A stretch of DNA of 64,000 nucleotides from Octopus sinensis. Lineage: Eukaryota. The DNA lies in contig NC_042997.1 of assembly GCF_006345805.1 (NCBI RefSeq), positions 88,598,001 through 88,662,000 of the forward strand, written 5' to 3'. Shown in pieces: positions 56,041 to 64,000 of this stretch. The notes below the pieces were generated by a model, which was not told the origin of the DNA, made no database searches, and saw only the letters and a list, made by a program, of their open reading frames with translations. Made by a program: the position numbers and the translations under genes. Within the stretch, counting starts at the first letter, position 1. Each line of letters begins with the position of its first letter.

Positions 56041-57031
56041 TACATACATGTGTGTATAGATGAATATATAAATACATTTAAATATCTATATACACTTTTG
56101 GGCGATCTTTCTGCTTCTTAGAGATAACTTTAGATGTTATATTCGTCCTAAATAACTTTGTATGAATTGAAAAAGTAAATGAATTGAAATTCTAAAAGAA
56201 AGGAATTTGTTTACATACATGTGTAAAATGGCAAATGTTTGTGCAGTTGTCCGATGGAACTGATGTATTATAATGAATAGTCCTTCTTCTTGTGAATATT
56301 AATTTGATTAATATGAACTGAAAACCAGTGGTGTAGCATAGGTGATCTTCTAGCAAAAAGGATGACCAGTCTGAATGGGTCGTCCCTGTCACACACACAC
56401 ACACACACACACGCACCCTCACACACACACACATGCACCCTCACACGCACACACACACACACACGTTAGCTTACAATGTCTGTCAACAATTGACACTGTC
56501 ATATATATTAGCGTGTCTATGTATCTAATGAGGAAGTGGGAGTAATAGGCAGAGTAAAGGCTTCAAAGTGAAATGTTAAAATATTGAGTTTACTCGAATT
56601 TTGTCTTAATTGGGGGTGAAATTGAAAGAAATTTTGTATGGCATGAACCAATGGAAGTTCTTTGAAAAATCATAGGTAAAGTCTAATTGAAGAAATTGTG
56701 TGAGGAGTAAATCATTATGTATTTATTTGTTTCTGTTTGCTGCTTTCTTTTTAATATTACATCTAGTTTCACTTTATTCGTTGCACACTGTGTGTGTGCG
56801 TTTGCGTGTGCTGTAAACCAGACTAAGAAAAGCATTTGACATACACACCAGATGTGAGTTTTCTGTCAATTTTGCTTAATTGGAGTTGAAATTTTAAAAA
56901 CTGGACCTGGCATGACCCGATGCATTCTACTCTTAAAAATGCTAGGTAAATTGTAATTGAAGAAATCCTATATTGTAGATTTGTATAACTTACAAAGGGA
57001 GGCAGATAAAATCTGCTTTTATAATAAGAGA
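56041..57031 (-). mobile_element. 3'-truncated, more diverged Helitron copy C
   Basis: Same TCTCTTATTATAAAAG 5' end as copies A and B at 57031; one partial array unit at 56041-56160. Confidence 0.85.
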
Positions 57032-57499
57032 TATATACATATATATCCATATATATATATATATATATATATCTATATATATATATATATATATACATAT
57101 ATATCCATATATATATACAAATATATATATATACAAATATATATATATACAAATATATTATATCCATATATATATACAAATATATATATATACATACATA
57201 CATATATATATATATGCATATATATATACATACATACATATATATGTATGTTATATATATATATACATACATACATACATATATATATATGTGTATATAT
57301 ATATATATATATACAAATATATAATATATACATATATCCATATATATATACAAATATATATATATACAAATATATATATATACAAATATATATATATATC
57401 CATATATATACAAATATATATATATACATACATACATATATATATATATGCATATATATATACATACATACATATATATGTATGTATATATATATATAC

Positions 57500-57532
<33 letters not shown>

Positions 57533-57617
57533 CATATATATAATACAAATATATATATATATACATATATATAATACAATATATATATATATTATATATA
57601 TATATATATATATTACA
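57032..57617. repeat. Long interrupted (TA)n/(TACA)n microsatellite
   Basis: Direct reading; it is the source of the spurious Y/I-rich ORFs. Confidence 0.95.
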
Positions 57618-58712
57618 CATCATCATCATCATCGTTTAACGTCCGTTCTCCATGCTAACATGGGTTGGACGGTTCGACCGGGGATCTGGGAAGCCAGAAG
57701 GCTGCACCAGGCTCCGGTCTTATCTGGCAATGTTTCTACAGCTGGATGCTCTTCCTAACGGTCGGATTGGTGCATTTTACGTGCCACTGGCACGGAAGCC
57801 AGTCGAGGTGGCACTGGCTTCGGCCACGATTCGGATGGTGCTTTTTACATGCCATCGGCACGGTAGCCAGTCGAGGCAGCACTGGCATCGGCCACGATTT
57901 GGATAGTGCTTTTTACGTACCACCAGTCCAGGGGTCCTGGCATCTGCCGGGTGCCAGTCATAGGATTGGTTCAATTTCGATTTCTCTTGCCCCAACAGGA
58001 TGAGGTTCGATATCGACTTCGCTTGCCTCAACAGGTCTGTGTGTGTCCAAGGGAGGAAAGGCATGCGTAAGTGGGCTGGACTCACTTGTCCTGCCTGGTC
58101 TTCTCACGTACAGCATATTTCCAAAAGTCTCGGTCGTTGGTCATTTCCTCAGTGAGGCCTAAAGTTTGAAGGTCATGCTTCACCACCTCGTCCCAGGTTT
58201 TCCTGGGTCTACCTCTTCCATGGGTTCCCTCAACTGCTAGAGATTGGCTCTTTTTCACACACCTATCTTCATCCATTCTCGCCACATGACCATACCAGCG
58301 CAATCGTCTTTCTTGCACACCACAACTGATGCTTCTTAGGTACAACATTTCTCTCAAGGTACTAACGCTCTGTTGAGTATGTACACTGACATTACACATC
58401 CATTGGAGTATACTGGCTTCATTCCTCGCGAGCTTATGCATGTCCTCAGCAGTCACGGCCCATGTTTCACTGCCATGTAGCATGGCTGTTCGTACACATG
58501 CATCATACAGTCTGCTTTTTACTCTGAGCGAGAGGCCTTTAGTCACCAGCAGAGGTAAGAGCTCCCTAAACTTTGCCCAGGCTATTCTTACTCTAGCAGT
58601 TACACTTTCAACGCACCCACCCCCACTACTGACTTGGTCACCTAGATAACGGAAGCTATCAACTACTTCTAGTTTTTCCCCCTGGAAAGTGACGGAAGTT
58701 GTTTTCTGCAGA
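57618..58712 (-). mobile_element. 5'-truncated RTE LINE (ORF C-terminus plus 3' UTR)
   Basis: ORF 58082-58756 from TTSVTFQGEKLEVVDSFRYLG closely matches the intron-7 RTE; (GAT)n tail at 57618-57633. Confidence 0.93.
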
Positions 58713-58752
58713 TTATATATATATACACACACACAGATATATATACATACAT

Positions 58753-58789
<37 letters not shown>

Positions 58790-58870
58790 ATCCAAACAAG
58801 AAAACACAGCAACGCGAGGAATTGGAACAATTAAAGTATTATTAGACGCTCAGGAAAGAAGGGAAGGAGG

Positions 58871-58905
58871 GTTTAACGTTTCGAGTGGAGCTCTTCGTCG
58901 GAAAC
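58871..58905 (-). ncRNA. Minimal type I hammerhead-like motif in a probable Penelope terminal repeat (about 58785-58980)
   Basis: Minus strand GTTT-CCGACGA-A-GAG-ctcca-CTC-GAAACGTT-AAAC; U4 position is C; AACGTT palindrome intact. Confidence 0.5.
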
Positions 58906-58973
58906 AAAGGAGAAGGGAAGACAGAGGAAAAAATTTTTTTGCTGGTGGTGCTCAAGAGATCACATGTTGAAAG

Positions 58974-59056
<83 letters not shown>

Positions 59057-60392
59057 TACACACACACATATATATACATATATATATAATTGACATTAAA
59101 TAATGGTGATGATCTTGTCATTCATTGATAAATATCATTTTCCCATATGCAATATCAATAAAAATTAGGTTATTTAAATATATGTGAAGCAAAAGTATGA
59201 TGTACACAGTCACGTTTGTACAAGAAATTCGATTTATGTGTAGTGTAAATAGTGTTAATAAATATATCTCATTTCAGGAGATAATGCCTTTTGATATTCT
59301 GATCTATTAAAACATGAATCATAATGAGAATAACTTGAGAGAAGAAGTCCATTTGGAAAGAGTGGTGTCAAATTGCTACATCCTGTTTTCTAATCTCATG
59401 GCCATTACTCAGTTTTATCAGCATATAGGTTCAAGTCTGTGATGATGCGAAGTCTTATTCATATCCAGCTTGAAAGTTGACTTCTATTGGTTGCTAGTAA
59501 GCAAGGTTCCCATAAGGTATGCCAAGTTATATGCTAGAAATCAAAAAGTACTACTGCATAAATCACTAGAGATATGGGTTTGGCAACTCTGCCAAGGTTA
59601 ACTTTCATTAGTGACTCCTTTGCTCCCTGGTTTTATTTTTTCATGATGTTATTTTCCAGGTCAGTTAGTTGGAATTGACCCACAGCAAAAGCTTGTTTGT
59701 GATGGCAGTAGATTATTTTAGATTTCATTTCAATTGAACTTTGCTTCAAGTATCCAATTTTTCACACACAGTGCCAGAAGCTACATAATCCACAGGAGTT
59801 GGGACAGGCTGTGTCAACAATCGTCCTTATCATCATCATCATTGTCTAACATCCATGTTCCATACTGACATCTCTGTCTCCTTCTAAGTTAGCACTACTT
59901 GAGATTTAAGTAGGGACAAGTATGTGTTTCATTGTCAGCTACATGCAATAGTCCAGCATCATATCTTTGGGAGAAGATCTCAAAGATTTCTTTAGAAATT
60001 GGAGTTGGGCTCTACTCCCATGGACCTTAGTAGTCTGAAAAAAAATTTGCTTTCCCAGTTTCAGAAAAAAATGTTTATTCACCACCTCATAAAACATTGT
60101 GGTAAAAAGAGAACAGAGGAAAGAAACAAAACTGTATAATTTCCTACTACTTTGAACTTGCTACTTACTGCTCCAACATACAACTGATTTATTTATTCAT
60201 TATTCATTGAAATATTTATTCATTACACTAATATTTCTGTGTCCCCAATAATATGTGATCCATTTACTGTAGAGTCTATTGAAAATGAAAGATTAAGAAT
60301 AGTCAGTGAAAAAGCTTAAAAATGAACAAAATGAACAGAGTTGTCCCAGTTTCATACTTCAATGGATAAATATTTTCAAGTTTTAGATATCA

Positions 60393-62487
60393 CTAGCAGA
60401 ATTGCCCGGCGTTGCTCGGGGCTGAATTGCTTGAAAGTACTGTTAATGATTGCACTGAATTATGATGATTATTCAGGCAAATATTGATATAAGCTTACGG
60501 TGGGAGATAAGGACTTAACGATCAAACGTGTGCCATTGCATTGTTTTGGGGGAACCAAATTCTGATGAGCATTATAGGGGCACCAACTTTAAGTTTGAGA
60601 AAGTGTGGTGGTAGTCCGGGGTGCTCAAAGGAATTGAGTACCTCTATTGGATAGTTGATGACGTCCTCTGGGTCAGGAGTTGTATCAATAGACTGATATA
60701 CATAGACTTCCCCAGGAATGAGTTTTAGCATTTCATCATTAATATGGTGAACAGTTTTATTCCTCAGGGCCAGTATAGCCTTTTTGCCAATCCAATCCAT
60801 ATTCTGATAATTAGCTTGTAGATCTGGGAACACTGCATCTCTGAGATCAGAAGGCGTCTTAACAATGGTACAAATGGAATCGATGGCAATATTACCATTT
60901 TCATCCCCTGGTATTTTGCCTTCGCCAAGTGCAAGGAGGGTGTGAGGAAATGCTGCTGATGTGATATTACGTCGCATATGAGCACGCATATTGGTGTGAA
61001 GTTTGAGAGTTACTTCCCTTTATTAAAAAAAATATGCATTAAAATGGAAAAAATGATGGTAAATTATTTGTAAAATCATAGACTCATGCTAATACCCAGA
61101 AGGGCTCGATATGAATCACGACTATAAGATACCCGGTTTTGGTTAAACTGCATCGCACAATGTGGGAGTAGTTAGGAATCTAAATCGGAGTAGACAGACG
61201 CACAACCTTTCTTTTATATATAAATATTTTCGTCCTAAAAAACTTTGTATGGATTGAATGGTTACCTCTATGGAATATATACACGCACATTATACATACA
61301 TGTGTGTATAGATGAATATATAAATACATTTAAATATCTATATACACTTTTGGGCGATCTTTCTGTTTCTTAGAGATAACTTTAGATCTTATTTTCGTCC
61401 TAAAAAACTTTGTATGGAGTGAATGGTTACCTCTATGGAAATATATACACACACGTTATACATACATGTGTGCATAGATGAATATATAAATACATTTATA
61501 TATCTATATACACTTTTGGGCGATCTTTATGCTACTTAGAGATAACTTTAGATCTTATTTTCGTCCTAAAAAACTTTGTGCGGAGTGAATGGTTACGTCT
61601 ATGGAATATATACACACACGTTATACATACATGTGTGCATAGATGAATATATAAATACATTTATATATCTATATACACTTTTGGGCGATCTTTATGCTAC
61701 TTAGAGATAACTTTAGATCTTATTTTCGTCCTAAAAAACTTTGTGCGGAGTGAATGGTTACGTCTATGGAAATATATACACACACATTATACATACATCT
61801 GTGTATAGATGAATATATAAATACATTTAAATATCTATATACACTTTTGGGCGATCTTTCTGCTACTTGTATATACTTTAGATCTTATGTTCGTCCTAAA
61901 GAACTTTGTATGGAGTGAAAGGTTACCTCTATGGAAATATATACACACACATTATACATACATCTGTGTATAGATGAATATATAAATACATTTAAATATC
62001 TATATACACTTTTGGGCGATCTTTCTGCTACTTGGATATAGGTCTTATATTCGTCTTAAAAAACTTTCCTGTCACACACTCACGCACACACACACACACA
62101 CACCCTCACACACACACACACGCTCACACACACACGTTAGCTTACAATTTTATTTATATATTTGCGTGTCTATGTGTGTAAAGAGGAAGTGGCAGAGTGA
62201 GAGTCACTCACTACAAAAAGTGAATTACTTTCACTTTATTCATTGCACACTGTGTGTGCGTGTGGTGTAGGCCACACTAAGAAAAGCATTTGACTTAGAC
62301 ACCACAATGTGAGTTTTCTCTAAATTTTGCTTAATTGGGGTTGAAATTTTAAAAACTGGACCTGGCACGACCCGATGCATTCTACTCTTAAAAATGCTAG
62401 GTAAATTGTAATTGAAGAAATCCTATATTGTTGATTTCTATAAGATACAAAGGGAGGCAGATAAAATCTGCCTTTTATAATAAGAGA
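60393..62487 (-). mobile_element. Non-autonomous Helitron copy B (2095 bp), inverted relative to copy A
   Basis: CTAG at 60393-60396 with the same hairpin; TC 5' end at 62487; near-identical helicase fragment with a 1-bp deletion; five array units. Confidence 0.93.
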
Positions 62488-63059
62488 TACTCTGAAATAT
62501 GGAGTTAACCACTACATTTGATGATAGATTTTATTTTTATACAATACCCCTTATACAAATGCTGGGTAATTGTGTATTTTCTCCACAACAAGACACCCAT
62601 GCTTGTCCTTGGTAAAATATCATCTCTCCACCTCAAATACTCCTCCCCAATTTAGTTGAAAGGGCTTTTTCCTTTTCTTCTTTCTCCTTTTCTCATTCTT
62701 TCCTGTCTTGCAAGTTATTTGGTGACTTCACTAGTGCTGGTGGCATGCAAAAAACACCCAGTATATACTGTAAAGTAGTTGGTGTTAGGAAAGGAATCCA
62801 GCTACAGAAATCATGCCAAAGCTGACATGGAGCATGATGCAGCCCTATGACTCACTGGATCCTGTCAATCCATACCAGCATGGAAAATTACATTAAATGA
62901 TGATGATGATTATGAAGGTGCAATGAAATCACAAAAGCAGAATTTAGATTATTCCTAACATATTCACATGAGATGTTATTTTGTTCATAGACTTGGCTTT
63001 TACACTTCAAGGCTCTTGAAGATGTTGTTAACTTAGAGAAAATATTCTGTTCCTTTCAA

Positions 63060-63755
63060 TTGTCTCCTCCCTCTCCCTTTTCTATTGCTACAATAATTGC
63101 CTTTGCTCCTTGGAGCAGGCTAATCTAATACCACCTCCACTCAGGCTTCCCGGTCTCATTTGTCTCTCCGCCTTTCATCACCTTTGTATCCAATCCTCCA
63201 AAGCCTTAATCACTATACCCAGTTCTTAATCCTTATTAAACCTTAATTCTCCAGCCTTAATCACTATACCCAGTTCTTCCTTCCCAGAAGGACAATTCTT
63301 TATGTAATGCATTTGTTAAATTATATTGGATTGATGGAATCCGGAATTAGACAAAATGCTTTGTGTTACATCTCTTTGCAGTTTGACTTTAAATGCTGTG
63401 AAACTGATTTTGCTTTCCATCCTTCTAGAGTTTTTATTATTGGGTCTAAAGGAAAGGGCTCTACTTATGACCTTTATAGGCCCTCCTAGATCGGTGGGTT
63501 TGTTGCTATTACTATTCCTCTCAAATCTTTGTACCTCAACACCTGTGGAAAAGACATGAACAGAGAGAATTGTCCTTCTGGGAAGGAAGAACTAGGTATA
63601 GTGATTAGGACCAGCTTTGGAGGATTGGATACAAGGGTGATGGAAAGAGGAGAGACAAGTGAGTCAAGGAAGCCTGAGTGGAGGTGGTATGAGTCCAGCC
63701 TACTCCAAGGAGCAAAGGTGATTATAGTAGCAATAGAAAAGGAAGAGGGGGGGAT
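63060..63755. repeat. Inverted repeat pair (about 200-bp arms, about 265-bp spacer)
   Basis: 63060-63300 versus 63565-63755, e.g. taatcactatacccagttcttccttcccagaaggacaattc / gaattgtccttctgggaaggaagaactaggtatagtgatta. Confidence 0.8.
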
Positions 63756-64000
63756 ACATCTGTGGACTAAAGATTGAGTGTGTTGGGGATTACCTCTATG
63801 TTAATCAGTTGGGTAGCCACTTTCTGCATGCAGTTTAGAATATCAGTGGGTACAGCAGTAACTGTTCCAGATGCAAGAGCAATACTCTAGGATGGGCTAA
63901 TATAAGTATTAATCAATTACTCTGGTCAATTCAATCAACTGTTCCCTTTTTCTCCAAAATGTATGTCCATAACCTCCTGTAAGAAATTGTTATAAAATCA

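Noticed and set aside
56823-57758. Long ORFs of up to 269 aa rich in Y/I/C/M
   Set aside because: Translation of TA/TACA microsatellite; the same applies to ORFs at 8484-8838, 52591-52845 and 58842-59103.
59770-59822. ShK-like CPNSCGLC peptide on the - strand
   Set aside because: Short frame ending in a stop, no credible splice sites, no upstream cysteines.
59943-60036. Possible - strand exon after a T8-CAG acceptor (31 open codons)
   Set aside because: No recognisable homology and no partner exons; this length is expected by chance.

Overview
This is AT-rich, repeat-dense animal genomic DNA, most likely from an octopus (inferred from the SINE/RTE/microsatellite landscape, not proven). It holds two convergent spliced genes. 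(1) On the + strand are the last five coding exons (4686-15266; 5' end outside the window or not found) of a Shiftless/SHFL (C19orf66/RyDEN) homologue with intact zinc-ribbon motifs and a long S/T-rich, basic C-terminal tail. (2) On the - strand is a complete 9-exon adenosylhomocysteinase (AHCY) CDS (41225-21827, 431 aa), with a TATA/pyrimidine-initiator proximal promoter and a possible upstream non-coding exon. The rest is mostly transposon-derived: RTE LINE pieces and their (GAT)n tails, CR1/L2-type and Penelope remnants, a truncated Gypsy, three Tc1 elements, pogo and Chapaev-like remnants, TTAA- and hAT-type MITEs, tRNA-derived SINEs, and a cluster of four Helitrons (52.8-62.5 kb) carrying a 165-bp internal tandem array. 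The least expected signals are a head-to-head tRNA-promoter palindrome containing a decayed minimal hammerhead ribozyme (3810-4212), a second minimal hammerhead (58871-58905), and an identical 28-nt motif behind two different SHFL splice donors. All calls were made by eye; repeat boundaries are approximate unless a TSD or terminus is quoted.
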